Origin: an archaeon
GTDB lineage: Archaea > Nanobdellota > Nanobdellia > Pacearchaeales > GW2011-AR1
Direction: 5' to 3'
Length of the DNA stretch: 64,000 nucleotides
NCBI GenBank assembly: GCA_024278335.1
Contig: JAJRTJ010000003.1
Coordinates: forward strand, 11,586 to 75,585
Shown: positions 1 through 10,296 of the stretch, piece by piece
Layout: the number at the start of each line of letters is the position of its first letter
How positions within the stretch are numbered: position 1 is the first letter of the stretch
Position numbers and translations under genes: made by a program
The notes under the pieces: model-generated
The model's input: the letters and a program-made list of their open reading frames with translations, nothing else
Database searches by the model: none
What the model was told of the DNA's origin: nothing

Positions 1-1
1 A

Positions 2-1093
2 ATAGAAGAGAAGGGAATCTCTCATTTTATTGAACACCTTTTATACAAGGGAACCTCTTCAAGGTCTTCCCAGCAAATTGCAGGAGAGATTGAAAAAAAC
101 GGAGGGGAATTAAATGGATTTACTTCTGAATTAATCACTGCTTATTGGTGCAAAATGCCGTCTAATCATTTAAAAATTGCTCTTGATGTTTTAAGCGACT
201 TGATTAAAAATCCTTTGTTTAAAGAAGAGGATATTGAAAAAGAAAGAAAAGTTATTTTTGAGGAAATTAAAATGTATAAAGACAATCCCCGCCTGCATGT
301 TTTTGATGAGATTCAGAAACTGCTTTATGAAAAGCCCCTTGGGATGAGCTTGGCTGGGACTTTTAAGACAATGTCTTCTATTAATAAAAAGAAAATTTTA
401 AATTATTTTGAAAAAGCTTATTGCCCCTCTAACATGATTGTCTGTGTTGTAGGAGATTTTAAGGAAAAAGAAGTTTTTGGGTTTCTTGAAAAAACATTTG
501 AGAATAAAAAAGCAAAAGAGGATAAGATTGATGTTCAATTAAAAAATGGAGTCTTAATTGAAAAAAGAAAGGGGATTGACCAGGCAAACCTTGTTTTTGC
601 ATATCATGTTCCTCTGGCAAAGAATAAAAAAAGCTTTGCTGCGCAGGTCTTGAATACTCTTCTTGCAGGGGGAATGTCTTCTCGGTTGTTTATTGAAATC
701 AGAGAAAAAAGAAATCTTGCTTATGCTGTAAAAGGGGATTCTATAATTAACAAGTATTTTGCGTATAATTTAATTTATGTCGGAACAATGAAGGAAAATG
801 TTCAAGAAATAAGGGAGATTATTTTAAAGGAATTAGAGAAAATTACAAAGGATTTGTCTGAAAAAGAGTTAGAGGAAATTAAAGAACAGGTGATTGGGAA
901 TCATAAAATTCAAATGGAGGATTCCCAAGGCCAGATGGTTAACTTGCTTTTGCATGAAATTGATGGAGATGCAGAAACCCTCTATGATTTTGAAAAAAAT
1001 ATTTGTGCAGTTAAATTAAGAGATGTTAAGGATTTAGCAAAACATGCTTCAAAAAATTTTAGTTTTTTTGCGTTAGTTCCGGAGGAGAATTAG
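2..1093 (+). CDS. M16 (pitrilysin/insulinase) family zinc peptidase, 5' end outside the window
   Basis: The frame is open from base 2 and reads IEEKGISHFIEHLLYKG (inverted zincin HxxEH). Later motifs are GGMSSRLF.EIRE and AY. Confidence 0.92.
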   Translation: MEEKGISHFIEHLLYKGTSSRSSQQIAGEIEKNGGELNGFTSELITAYWCKMPSNHLKIALDVLSDLIKNPLFKEEDIEKERKVIFEEIKMYKDNPRLHVFDEIQKLLYEKPLGMSLAGTFKTMSSINKKKILNYFEKAYCPSNMIVCVVGDFKEKEVFGFLEKTFENKKAKEDKIDVQLKNGVLIEKRKGIDQANLVFAYHVPLAKNKKSFAAQVLNTLLAGGMSSRLFIEIREKRNLAYAVKGDSIINKYFAYNLIYVGTMKENVQEIREIILKELEKITKDLSEKELEEIKEQVIGNHKIQMEDSQGQMVNLLLHEIDGDAETLYDFEKNICAVKLRDVKDLAKHASKNFSFFALVPEEN

Positions 1094-1123
1094 TAGCAAA
1101 ATGTTTTTAAAGGGATTTTTCTT

Positions 1124-4100
1124 TTGGTGTTTATGAAAAGAGGAGTTTTTATTTTTTTAATTGTTTCTTTACTTGCAATTAGTTTTGTTTCTGCTGGTTG
1201 GTTTGATTGGGTTAAATCGACGGGGAAGGTTATTTCATCAGATTTAGGAATTTGCGAGAATGTTATCTCTAATGCCCAGGGAGAAGTAATAAGATGTATT
1301 GTAAATTCAAATAAAACAATTGATTTATCTCAAAAAAATAATTTTTATAAGTCAATTAAAAAATACAAAGAAGTTGTTCTTGAAGTAAGAGATTCTAACT
1401 TAATTTTAGAGAATACAAATTTTGATAAATGGACTAGGGCTCCTTTGCTGTCTTTTGTTCTTAATAATAGTCTCTTAGAATTAAAAAGCAAAAGAAATTC
1501 TAAATCTTTAAATTTAAAATTTTCAGGAGATATTGTTATAGAAAACAGCGTGATTATTTCTTCTTTATTAAGAGGAATAAATTCAATTATTGCAGGAAAA
1601 GATTTGATTATAAAAAATGTTGTTCTTAAAAATGTGCGAGGAAGTTTGGAATCAAGAGAAGGAGATGTTTTAATTGAAGATTCTTTTATTAAAGGAAATT
1701 CTAAAAAAGGAATAAGAGTTATTCAAGCGAAAAAAGGAGATGTAATTATTAAACATAGTGAGGTGGAGGATTTAGGGATTTTTCGCTCACTTAAAGGAGA
1801 TATTCTTATTGGGTGTGGTTCTAAAATTAATGTAAAATCTTTTGTTTTTGTTAATTGTTTTTTAGGAATGTCTGATTCTTTGCTTAAAATTAAAGGGAAA
1901 AAAAGGGCAACTATTCGAGGAGGATATGTTTTTGATGAAAATTCTTCTGTTAAGACTGATGGAAAAGACTTTAATCTTAAATTTTTAAAGGGAAAAACAA
2001 AAAGACTAGAACAATTTCCTTTTGAAACAGGGAGGGCCTTAAGCGAGGACTTTAAATATTCTAAATGTCCTTCTTTTTCAGAGCAAGAGTATATTGAAAA
2101 AACAGAGTGTTCTTCTTCTTTTAAAGAAAAAGAGGATAAGGAAACAGAGAGAGGAGAAGAATCAGAAAAAAATGATTTAATTATTAAAAGGGTTAATGTA
2201 ATAAGGGATGAAAAAGGGAGAGGGGTTTCTTTTGAATTGGAAATTATAAATAATGGATTGAAAAAAGAAATGTTTTATGATTCTTTTATGGAAATTTCTT
2301 GTTTACCCACAGAACAATATCCTAGTGGTTTTAAAGCAATTGAAGGAGATTTTTTTCCTAAGGAAGTTTCTCCTAAAGAAAAAGTTAAGGCAAAATTGGG
2401 GTCTTATTTAATTAATTCTTCAGAAGAATTAAATACAACTTGCACTTTTCAGGTAACTCTTTCTAAGAATAAATCTAATGTAAAAAGCAATTTTTTTACT
2501 GGTAAAATTTATTCAGCTCCAGAAAATTCTTGCACTGATAGTGATGGGGGAAATAATCCTTTAAAAAAAGGGACATTGACTTCTAAACTTTCTAATGGTA
2601 GTGTTTTGACTTTTTCTGATAAATGTGGAAGTAAATCTCAACTACAAGAATATTTTTGCAGTGAAAGTGTTTCGGGGGTTGGTTTATCGTGGACGAATTG
2701 TGATATAATGTATGGCAAGGAATTTATCTGTGAAGATGGGGCTTGTTCAGAGAAAGACGTTTCTGGAGAAGAAAAAGATTGTTTTGGATGCGAAATTGAT
2801 TTTGAGCCGGGATGTATTCCTTATGGAACGCGGATAGAAGAGAAGTTTTGTTCTTTTGAAACGGGGGGGGGAATGGGAGGAAAATTAATTCCCCAGAAAA
2901 ACGAGGGGGATTTTTGTGATAATAATTATGAATGTCTAAGCAATCTTTGTTCTTATGGAAAGTGTGTTGCAAGTCTTGATGCTTCTGAGGCAAGAAAAAT
3001 TGCTCAAGAAGAGGCTAAGAAAGAAGTTGGAGTTTTTAAAAAGTTTATTTGCGGAATTATAAGCATTTTTCCAGGAATTACTTATAAAGAATGTGTTTCT
3101 GGTTCTGATGAGGAAGAAATTTTCTTTGAGGATTCTTTTAGGGTTGATAAAATTGCAGACCGGTTTTATTTGGGGAAGTCTCTAAATTATCTTCAGACAT
3201 CTATCGACAGAGATGCCCTACCTAATGTCTTAAAAAAAGGAGAAGTGTCTATTGGAAGGAAGACTTATTCTTATACTCAAAAAATTTCAGAGTTAGGGAA
3301 TTTTTCTTTGCAACTATTTACTGATTCTGATTATCAAAGAAAAACTCCTACTATCGGGTTTAGGATTCGTCCAAATGAGCTTATTTTAAAATACGTTCTT
3401 GATTTTTCAAGAGATCTCCCGAGTTTGGATTCTCTTGTTGGCAAAGAAATTGAAATTCTTGGAAAAAAGTTTAAAGTTGAAAGTTACTCTCCTTTAGAAA
3501 AGGTTTTGGTTTTAGTAAATTCAAATAAGAGACTTATTTTGTCTACTGGGGGGGAGGAGTTGGTTGTAGAAAAAGATGGGAAATCCGAATTAAAAGATGA
3601 AGTCTATTCAGAGATTGTTTTCTCTGGACAAGATGGAAAAAGTGTTGACAAACTTATTATTACTTGGAATACGGAAGATGAACAATTTATAACTACAGAA
3701 AAGAGTTTAATCTTTCCTGGATTTGAATCTTTAGAAATTGCCTTTGAGGGATTGAATTATCTTTCTGAAGAAAAAACAACTTTAAATTTTAAGGGAGATG
3801 ATGTTATTGAGTTAGATATTCCAATAAAAAGCGGAATTGCTACAATTCATCTTGTTTATTCAAATAAAGGAGATCTCGAGGGTTTTGGGAGGGAAGCAAA
3901 TGAACGGTTGGCAGTTTCTTCTTCAAATGAACTTGAATTTATTGAAACCTCTATGGGGGGCAATTCTGACAAATTTTTTATTGCTTCTTGGAAAGGGGAT
4001 TATTTGATTCCTTCGGAGTCTTATCTTTTATTCGCATCTATTAAGAGGAGGGGTTCTTCAAAGGTGGTTGAAGTTAGAGACCTTGTTTCTGGAGAAAAGC

Positions 4101-4600
4101 TTTGTGAGGACAAAAGAGAGGGGGAGATTTGTTCTTTTGGGAACATTAAACTAAGAATAGACTCTATTTTTCTAAATGATACTTCTGAGAAGTCAGTTAT
4201 GTTTAAGGCAGAGGATCCTAAATTAAGTTTTAATAAAATTTATTCTCAAGAAGGATTGACTCTTTTATTGCCTTCATCTCTTGGAGGAAAAAGTGCAGTT
4301 CTTAAATTTTTAGAGGAAAATAGGAACGAAGAAGTTTCAAAAGGCAAGATCTTTCAAATTTTAGTCAAAATTAATGAAGACAATCAAATAGAAGCAAGAG
4401 TTGTTCCAGAAACAATAAGTTCTGGGTTAAAAGAGATTGACCGAGATTCTGAGAATAGGGTTGGAATGATTTATTCTCCTTTAGCTACAGAGGTTTATCA
4501 GCTTTTTTCTCAGAAAGATGGAAGGGGAAAAGTAAAAATAATTTACCACGGCAAAGAAGTCGTCGCTGATGTTTATATAAGAAGCCCTCAAAGCAAATAA
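1124..4600 (+). CDS. Large secreted modular surface protein with S-layer-like C-terminal half
   Basis: Signal peptide (…ISFVSA), repeated GD(V/I)(L/I)I beta-strand units, CTDSDGG Cys module, CxxNxECxSNxCxxGxC module and a long beta-rich C-terminus. Confidence 0.6.
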   Translation: MVFMKRGVFIFLIVSLLAISFVSAGWFDWVKSTGKVISSDLGICENVISNAQGEVIRCIVNSNKTIDLSQKNNFYKSIKKYKEVVLEVRDSNLILENTNFDKWTRAPLLSFVLNNSLLELKSKRNSKSLNLKFSGDIVIENSVIISSLLRGINSIIAGKDLIIKNVVLKNVRGSLESREGDVLIEDSFIKGNSKKGIRVIQAKKGDVIIKHSEVEDLGIFRSLKGDILIGCGSKINVKSFVFVNCFLGMSDSLLKIKGKKRATIRGGYVFDENSSVKTDGKDFNLKFLKGKTKRLEQFPFETGRALSEDFKYSKCPSFSEQEYIEKTECSSSFKEKEDKETERGEESEKNDLIIKRVNVIRDEKGRGVSFELEIINNGLKKEMFYDSFMEISCLPTEQYPSGFKAIEGDFFPKEVSPKEKVKAKLGSYLINSSEELNTTCTFQVTLSKNKSNVKSNFFTGKIYSAPENSCTDSDGGNNPLKKGTLTSKLSNGSVLTFSDKCGSKSQLQEYFCSESVSGVGLSWTNCDIMYGKEFICEDGACSEKDVSGEEKDCFGCEIDFEPGCIPYGTRIEEKFCSFETGGGMGGKLIPQKNEGDFCDNNYECLSNLCSYGKCVASLDASEARKIAQEEAKKEVGVFKKFICGIISIFPGITYKECVSGSDEEEIFFEDSFRVDKIADRFYLGKSLNYLQTSIDRDALPNVLKKGEVSIGRKTYSYTQKISELGNFSLQLFTDSDYQRKTPTIGFRIRPNELILKYVLDFSRDLPSLDSLVGKEIEILGKKFKVESYSPLEKVLVLVNSNKRLILSTGGEELVVEKDGKSELKDEVYSEIVFSGQDGKSVDKLIITWNTEDEQFITTEKSLIFPGFESLEIAFEGLNYLSEEKTTLNFKGDDVIELDIPIKSGIATIHLVYSNKGDLEGFGREANERLAVSSSNELEFIETSMGGNSDKFFIASWKGDYLIPSESYLLFASIKRRGSSKVVEVRDLVSGEKLCEDKREGEICSFGNIKLRIDSIFLNDTSEKSVMFKAEDPKLSFNKIYSQEGLTLLLPSSLGGKSAVLKFLEENRNEEVSKGKIFQILVKINEDNQIEARVVPETISSGLKEIDRDSENRVGMIYSPLATEVYQLFSQKDGRGKVKIIYHGKEVVADVYIRSPQSK

Positions 4601-4630
4601 TCTTAAAAACCTCTTCTCTTATTATTTTTT

Positions 4631-5389
4631 ATGACAGAAATCATTAAAGTTCCGTTTATTAATGGGCTTGGAAAAACCAAGGGATGTGAGAAAACTCCTG
4701 AAAAATTAGTAGAAAGAGATGCTTTTGAGATAAAGATTAATTTAGATGACCCTGAGGCTTCTATGAAAGAGATTTATCAAAAAGCTTTTGATTTAATGAA
4801 GAAAGAAGAGAAGGCTGTTTTTGTCGGCGGAGACCATTCAATTAGTTATGCTTTAACAAGGGCTTTTTTTGATTTTTGTGAGAGTTCTTCTAAAGAACCT
4901 TGTTTAATTGTTTTTGACGCTCATGCAGACCTTATGCCTGTTGTTGATAAAAAATTCCCTACACATGAGGAATGGTTAAGGCAATTAGTTGAAGATAGAT
5001 TTCCTTGTAAAAATATTTTAATTGTTGGAGAAAGAAGCTCTTGGGTTAGTGAGTTGGATTTTTTAAAGAAAAAGCAAATACGAGTTTTGACTGTTGAAGA
5101 ATTTTGCAAGAATTTAGAAGATGCCTGCGATACTTTAATGGAGTTTTCTTTTGGAAAAGAGCTTTATGTTTCTATTGATATTGATGCTATTGATCCTGCT
5201 TTTGCTCCTGCAACAGGATATTGTGAGCCAGGAGGGCTTTCTAGTTCAGATTTTCTTTATTTAATCAGAAGAATGAATAAAATGAAGAACCTTAAAGCAA
5301 TTGACCTTGTTGAAATTAATTCAAAAAAGGAAGATGAAGGAGAAAAAACATTGAGATTGGGAGAGAAAATTTTAGAGGGGTTTTTATGA
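4631..5389 (+). CDS. Arginase/agmatinase family ureohydrolase
   Basis: GGDHS, DAHAD and SIDIDAIDPAFAPATG metal-binding motifs. Confidence 0.92.
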   Translation: MTEIIKVPFINGLGKTKGCEKTPEKLVERDAFEIKINLDDPEASMKEIYQKAFDLMKKEEKAVFVGGDHSISYALTRAFFDFCESSSKEPCLIVFDAHADLMPVVDKKFPTHEEWLRQLVEDRFPCKNILIVGERSSWVSELDFLKKKQIRVLTVEEFCKNLEDACDTLMEFSFGKELYVSIDIDAIDPAFAPATGYCEPGGLSSSDFLYLIRRMNKMKNLKAIDLVEINSKKEDEGEKTLRLGEKILEGFL

Positions 5390-5907
5390 GAGTTTTTATT
5401 TCAATAAATTTGCCTCAGAAGGTCACTGAAAAAATTAAACTAATTCAAGAAAAGCTTCCTGATTTTTTCGGTAAAAAGACTCAAGAAAAGAATTTACATT
5501 TAACTTTAAAATTTTTAGGAGAGATTGATGAAAAAGAGTTAGAGGAAATTAAAGAAAAATTAAAAGAGATAAATTTTTCGAAAATCAAATGCACACTTGA
5601 TTCTATTGGAGTTTTTTCTGAAGATTTTATTCGTATTGTCTGGCTTCATTTAAGTGGGGCAGAGGAGCTTCAAAGAGAAATTGATAAAAAGCTTCAAGGT
5701 TTTTTTAAAAAAGAGAAAAGATTTATGAGCCATATTACAATTGCAAGAGTTAAAAAAATAAAAAACAAGGAAAAGTTTTTAGATGAGTTAAAGAAAATTA
5801 AATTTAATGAGATTCAATATATTGCCGAGAGTTTTTATTTAATGAAATCTGATTTAAAAAACACTGGAGCAGTTCATATGCCTCTTGCAGAATTTAAATT
5901 AAGGTGA
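5386..5907 (+). CDS. thpR: RNA 2',3'-cyclic phosphodiesterase (2H family)
   Basis: MRVFISI start and two HxT motifs (HLTLKFLG, HITIAR). Confidence 0.93.
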   Translation: MRVFISINLPQKVTEKIKLIQEKLPDFFGKKTQEKNLHLTLKFLGEIDEKELEEIKEKLKEINFSKIKCTLDSIGVFSEDFIRIVWLHLSGAEELQREIDKKLQGFFKKEKRFMSHITIARVKKIKNKEKFLDELKKIKFNEIQYIAESFYLMKSDLKNTGAVHMPLAEFKLR

Positions 5908-5993
5908 GAAATATAATTAAAAAAGAAAACAAAGTTTTATATAATTATTGTATTCTTTAATATATATTTTAGAGTATATATGTTTAAATACAG

Positions 5994-6308
5994 GTGTTTT
6001 GTTTTAACATTTTAGTGGGATTGCAAAAATATTACAAGGCTGTTTCAAGGTTATCCCGCTTTTATTCTTCTTATGGGCTTTGTAAATTAGAGAGAAATTT
6101 TTATTGGTTTTTTTCTGAAGGTTTTGATGCAATAGAAAAAGAAGCAATAAGGGAGTGTGTTTTAGGGGGGTTTTTGAGAATGCAAAATCAACAAAGGGCG
6201 AGTTCTCGGGTTTTTGGAAGGTTTGGATTAGAAAAAGAAATTGAGCTTGCTCATCAAATTAAAGAGGAGGTGGCTTGCAAAAGAATTTTAAAAAAACGCA
6301 TAGCTTAG
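5994..6308 (+). CDS. Hypothetical protein
   Basis: 104-aa ORF filling an intergenic gap, with no recognisable motif. Confidence 0.35.
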   Translation: MFCFNILVGLQKYYKAVSRLSRFYSSYGLCKLERNFYWFFSEGFDAIEKEAIRECVLGGFLRMQNQQRASSRVFGRFGLEKEIELAHQIKEEVACKRILKKRIA

Positions 6309-6413
6309 AAAATTTTAAAAGGTATTTTTATAATGAAATAGAAAAATGAGATTCTATTGGTCTTTCCTCTGATCTGACAGGCATTATTCTGAGAGCAAAT
6401 TTCTTTTTAATTT

Positions 6414-7097
6414 TTAATATTCTTTTTCCAAAAGCTTGAAAATTTCTGCTTTTTTACCCAAAATTTCTTGAAGCTGGTCTTGAGAAGCATTAAAGATATT
6501 TCTTAATGTTTTGAATTTTTCTAAAAGTTTTTTTGCATTTTTTGGGCCAATTCCTTTAAAACTCTCGACAACAAATTGCATTTGTTCTTTTGGAGAAAGA
6601 TTTCTTTTTGTTATTTGAAAAGAGTTTTCTGTTTGTTTCTTTTTTGAGAGTATTGAAAGGTAGATTGCAGTGTCTTGAGGGTTTTTAGAAAAAACAATTG
6701 GAATATTATATTTAAGAAGGATTGAAAGAAGAAAACCCCTAATAGCATTTGAGTTTATTCCTTCTGGCGATTCGTTGTAAAGTTCTTGTTCTTCAAGTCC
6801 TTCAATTATTAGTAAACGTTTTTTGTATTGTTGCAGTTCTTCAAGTTGTTTTACTAATCTTTTATTTATCATCGAAGAAAGGAAATCTGAAACAGTTTTT
6901 CTTTCAATTGCAATTCCTTTGAGAATGTAATCTGCGACTTTTAGTTCTTTGAATTCTATTTCAAATCCAAGTCTGATTAATGAAGAAGGAACAAGAGAAT
7001 TTCTCTCTCTATAATCTATTTGTATTTTGATTTTTGGCTCAGAGGATTTGGTTGGGGGTTCTTTTGATTTTTGTGAGAAAATATTGTGAAATGTCAT
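6414..7097 (-). CDS. ERCC4/XPF-family structure-specific nuclease with HhH (Hef nuclease half)
   Basis: DYRE, ADY, ERKTxxD and HhH GIGPKNA motifs. Confidence 0.93.
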   Translation of the reverse strand: MTFHNIFSQKSKEPPTKSSEPKIKIQIDYRERNSLVPSSLIRLGFEIEFKELKVADYILKGIAIERKTVSDFLSSMINKRLVKQLEELQQYKKRLLIIEGLEEQELYNESPEGINSNAIRGFLLSILLKYNIPIVFSKNPQDTAIYLSILSKKKQTENSFQITKRNLSPKEQMQFVVESFKGIGPKNAKKLLEKFKTLRNIFNASQDQLQEILGKKAEIFKLLEKEY

Positions 7098-8656
7098 AAC
7101 CTCTCCTGCTTCTCTTTAGTTGTGAATTTTCCTGAAGCTAAATCTTTTTTAATGCTTTCAATTGATTTTTTCATCTTTTTTTCTCTTGCACGAGAAACAT
7201 AGTAAAATGTTTCATCTCTAGTCCCTTTTGTAATTAACATGATGACTTTTCCCTTTACTAACCGAGCAGTTCTTCCTGCTCTTTGGATTTTCCTTATTGC
7301 AGAGGGAATTGGCTCGTAAAATATCACGGCATTGACTTCAGGAATGTCTAATCCTTCTTCTGCAATTGAAGTTGCAACAAGAACATTGATTTTTCCTTCT
7401 GAAAAATCTACTATCATTCTTCTTTGTTCTTTTTGATTTAGCCCTGTTGTTGAATTTCCAGAGGTTCTTTTTGCCTGCCCGACAAAAACTTTAGATTTTA
7501 TGCCTTTTATTTTATTTAAGAAATCAGAAATTGCACTTGCACTGTCTCTAAATTGCGTGAAAATTATTATCTTTGAATTTTGGTTTGAATTAAATTCTTT
7601 TTGTATTACTTCTTTTAGTTTTTCTATTTTTGGATGCTCTTTGTTTTTTGCAAGAAGCTCATTTGAAGCAGTATAAATAAAATTAAATTCTGGTTTAGAA
7701 ACCAATCTCATAACCCCCTTGCTTTTTTTATCTGCGGATTCTTTAAACAGCTTTTTTAAATAAAGATTAAAGCTTTGAATGGTTTGGGTTTCTAATAGTT
7801 CAAGAGCATGCTGTAATTTTATTGCTTGTGCGCAGGCAGAAGCTCCTAAGAAGTAGTTAAAGTTTTTGTTTCCTCTTGAGATTGTTGCCATAATTTTTTT
7901 TTGAAGTTCAATTAACCCTGTTTTAGAACTTGGTCCCCAAAGGACCTTTCTTCTTTTAAGCTCTTCTACATATTGTTCAAAAAGCTTTTTTGTAACATGC
8001 TGTATTTCTACCATCTCTGAAGGAAAATCTACTTTTATTTTTTCTATTTCTAATTCCTGCAGATAGGGTGCAACATCTGGGCTGTCCCTATCCCTTAGTT
8101 CTACATCTTCAATGCAGAGATTTTTACAAATATCTTTTATTTTGCTTGCTTCACTTCCAGGAGAAGCAGTAAGACCGATTATTCTTGGGTTTTTTGACTG
8201 CGAGCGGTATTTTTGAGCGACAAAATTATAGGAATAATTTTTAACACAGCGGTGAGCTTCATCTTCAATTAAAAGGCAGACATCTTCTAATGAATAAAGA
8301 TTTTTTTTAAGGTCATTTCCTACACATTGGGGGGTGGAAAAAATTATGTCTGCAGTTTCCCATATTTTTTTTCTTTGCATTGCAGGAACTTTTCCTGTAA
8401 AGATCTGCATATCTGCAAAAAGTTCTGGAAGAAATTTTTTAAATGAATTATAGTGCTGATCAACAAGAGGTTTTGTTGGAGCAAGAAAAACTACCTTTTC
8501 TCCCGGGAATTGCTTCATTCTTTCTATAACAACCATTAGTGCTATAAGAGTTTTTCCTAATCCTGTTGGAAGAACAACTAAGCAGTTTTTTTCTAAGCAA
8601 GTTTTTGCTATTTCTTCTTGATATTTTCTGGGGGTTATTTTTTGTAGAAATTCCAT
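7094..8656 (-). CDS. Hef/FANCM/Mph1-like SF2 helicase
   Basis: LPTGLGKT, DEAH, TAS, EEGLDIP and QRAGRTAR motifs. Confidence 0.93.
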   Translation of the reverse strand: MEFLQKITPRKYQEEIAKTCLEKNCLVVLPTGLGKTLIALMVVIERMKQFPGEKVVFLAPTKPLVDQHYNSFKKFLPELFADMQIFTGKVPAMQRKKIWETADIIFSTPQCVGNDLKKNLYSLEDVCLLIEDEAHRCVKNYSYNFVAQKYRSQSKNPRIIGLTASPGSEASKIKDICKNLCIEDVELRDRDSPDVAPYLQELEIEKIKVDFPSEMVEIQHVTKKLFEQYVEELKRRKVLWGPSSKTGLIELQKKIMATISRGNKNFNYFLGASACAQAIKLQHALELLETQTIQSFNLYLKKLFKESADKKSKGVMRLVSKPEFNFIYTASNELLAKNKEHPKIEKLKEVIQKEFNSNQNSKIIIFTQFRDSASAISDFLNKIKGIKSKVFVGQAKRTSGNSTTGLNQKEQRRMIVDFSEGKINVLVATSIAEEGLDIPEVNAVIFYEPIPSAIRKIQRAGRTARLVKGKVIMLITKGTRDETFYYVSRAREKKMKKSIESIKKDLASGKFTTKEKQERL

Positions 8657-8672
8657 TATGTTTTAAGAAAAG

Positions 8673-9299
8673 CTAAATTAACAACACTGCATAAAGCAAG
8701 GCAATTAATGTGATTGCTGCGATTGCGCACCAAAATTCAAATTTTGCAAAAAAGATTTTGTTTCCGTCTAAATCTGAAAGAGGGATTATGTTAAAAACTG
8801 CATAATAAATATTAAATTTTGCGAATAAAGGAAAACCTAAGAGATATGCAAGAAACGCAATAAATAGATTTGCCAAAACCCCTGTTGCTGCTATATTTCC
8901 TATTTCTTCTTCGGAGATTTCTGAAAATTTATATAGTCCGTGTCTTTTTGCTGCTCTGTAAACTTTGCCCTTTATGTCAAAAACAAGGGCTGCCATCCAG
9001 ACAAATGCACCTTGAGTTAAAGCCCAAAGAAACAAGGGAAGAATCATTCCTGCTTGAATTGGCTTGGGGAATTTTTGATGTGGTTTAAATCCAAATCTTT
9101 GAACAGTCCAGGAAACATGCTCTATTTCTGTTTCAAGGTAATATGCTCTTATTTTTTTTGCAAAAATATTAATTAATATAATTGAAAAGATTAGAAGAGA
9201 AGAGTGAACAAGTTTTTCTAAACTTTGAAGAGAGCTTAAGCAAATGCCTAAAATAAGAGAAATTAAGATTATTGAGCCCACTTCTTTTTTTGTAAACAT
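8673..9299 (-). CDS. Site-2 protease (M50)-like membrane protein lacking HExxH
   Basis: Multi-TM, with G.IAA.G and NIIPLSDLDG (NxxPxxxLDG). No HExxH. Confidence 0.7.
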   Translation of the reverse strand: MFTKKEVGSIILISLILGICLSSLQSLEKLVHSSLLIFSIILINIFAKKIRAYYLETEIEHVSWTVQRFGFKPHQKFPKPIQAGMILPLFLWALTQGAFVWMAALVFDIKGKVYRAAKRHGLYKFSEISEEEIGNIAATGVLANLFIAFLAYLLGFPLFAKFNIYYAVFNIIPLSDLDGNKIFFAKFEFWCAIAAITLIALLYAVLLI

Positions 9300-9425
9300 C
9301 TTAAATCAAGCAAAAAGATTTTTTTAAAGTTTGTTGTTTCTGTTTATTATTTTATAAAAACTTATTGGGGATTATAAGCGTTTGCTTGACGAAATATTTA
9401 TAAACAACTTTGGTTTTAAGAAGCT

Positions 9426-9713
9426 ATGAGAGTTAAAAAAATTTCAGAGGTAATTGGAACAAAGGTATATACTGATTCAGGAGATTTTTTTGGAGAGGTT
9501 GAAGAAGTTAATCTTTTAGATAATAAAATAGATGGATGGAGGATTAAGGTTAATGGGCAGGTGGTTTCTCTTATTGGAGGAGCTCGCGGGGTTATTGTTC
9601 CTCATCAATTTGTCAAGGCAGTAAGCGACATTTTTATAATTAATAAGGCAGCTCTTCCGAGCCAAAATATTGGGATGGATGAAGATGGAGAGGCGCCTGA
9701 AGAGTTAATTTAA
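9426..9713 (+). CDS. PRC-barrel protein (CdpB-like archaeal division protein)
   Basis: SEVIGTKVYTDSGDFFGEVEEV…VIVP…VKAVSDIFII is the PRC-barrel pattern. Confidence 0.85.
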   Translation: MRVKKISEVIGTKVYTDSGDFFGEVEEVNLLDNKIDGWRIKVNGQVVSLIGGARGVIVPHQFVKAVSDIFIINKAALPSQNIGMDEDGEAPEELI

Positions 9714-9714
9714 A

Positions 9715-10254
9715 ATGACTGAAGCAACAACAATTTTTCAACATCCTCTTGCAACAGGGTTTATTTACCCTTTTTTTCTGGTGTTTACAATTCTTTTTGC
9801 TATTTTAGAAAAGACAAAACTGTTAGGAGACGGAAAAACACAAATTAATGCAATTGTTGCATTTGTTGTTGGGCTTGTTTTTATAAGTGTTTCTTCTCCA
9901 AAAGAGATTGTTGCCAATTTAGTTCTTTTTTTAACAGTTGCAATTATTGTTGCATTTGTGGCAATGGTTTTATGGGGGTTTGTTACTGGAGGAGAGCCAA
10001 AACTTTTGATGGGCAAGGATTCAAATTGGGTAACCTGGACTATTGGGGGAATAATTGCTTTGGGAGTAATTATTGCAGTTATTTGGGCAACTGGATTAAA
10101 TGTAGGAATTTTTGAAAAATTATTTAATCAAAGTTGGAGCAAAACTTTTTGGACAAATTTAATATTTATTGTGGTTGTTGCAGCTGCATTAGCTGTTGTT
10201 GTTAAGGGCGGAGGAAAAAGTGGCGGAGGAGGGGGCGGAAACAATAGCGATTAA
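9715..10254 (+). CDS. Multi-pass membrane protein (paralog family A)
   Basis: About 5 TM segments; motif PFFLVFTILFAILEK…INAIVAFVVGL. Confidence 0.75.
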   Translation: MTEATTIFQHPLATGFIYPFFLVFTILFAILEKTKLLGDGKTQINAIVAFVVGLVFISVSSPKEIVANLVLFLTVAIIVAFVAMVLWGFVTGGEPKLLMGKDSNWVTWTIGGIIALGVIIAVIWATGLNVGIFEKLFNQSWSKTFWTNLIFIVVVAAALAVVVKGGGKSGGGGGGNNSD

Positions 10255-10296
10255 ATTAATCCAAAGTTATATAAATAAAAAAAAGATGGTAATAAT

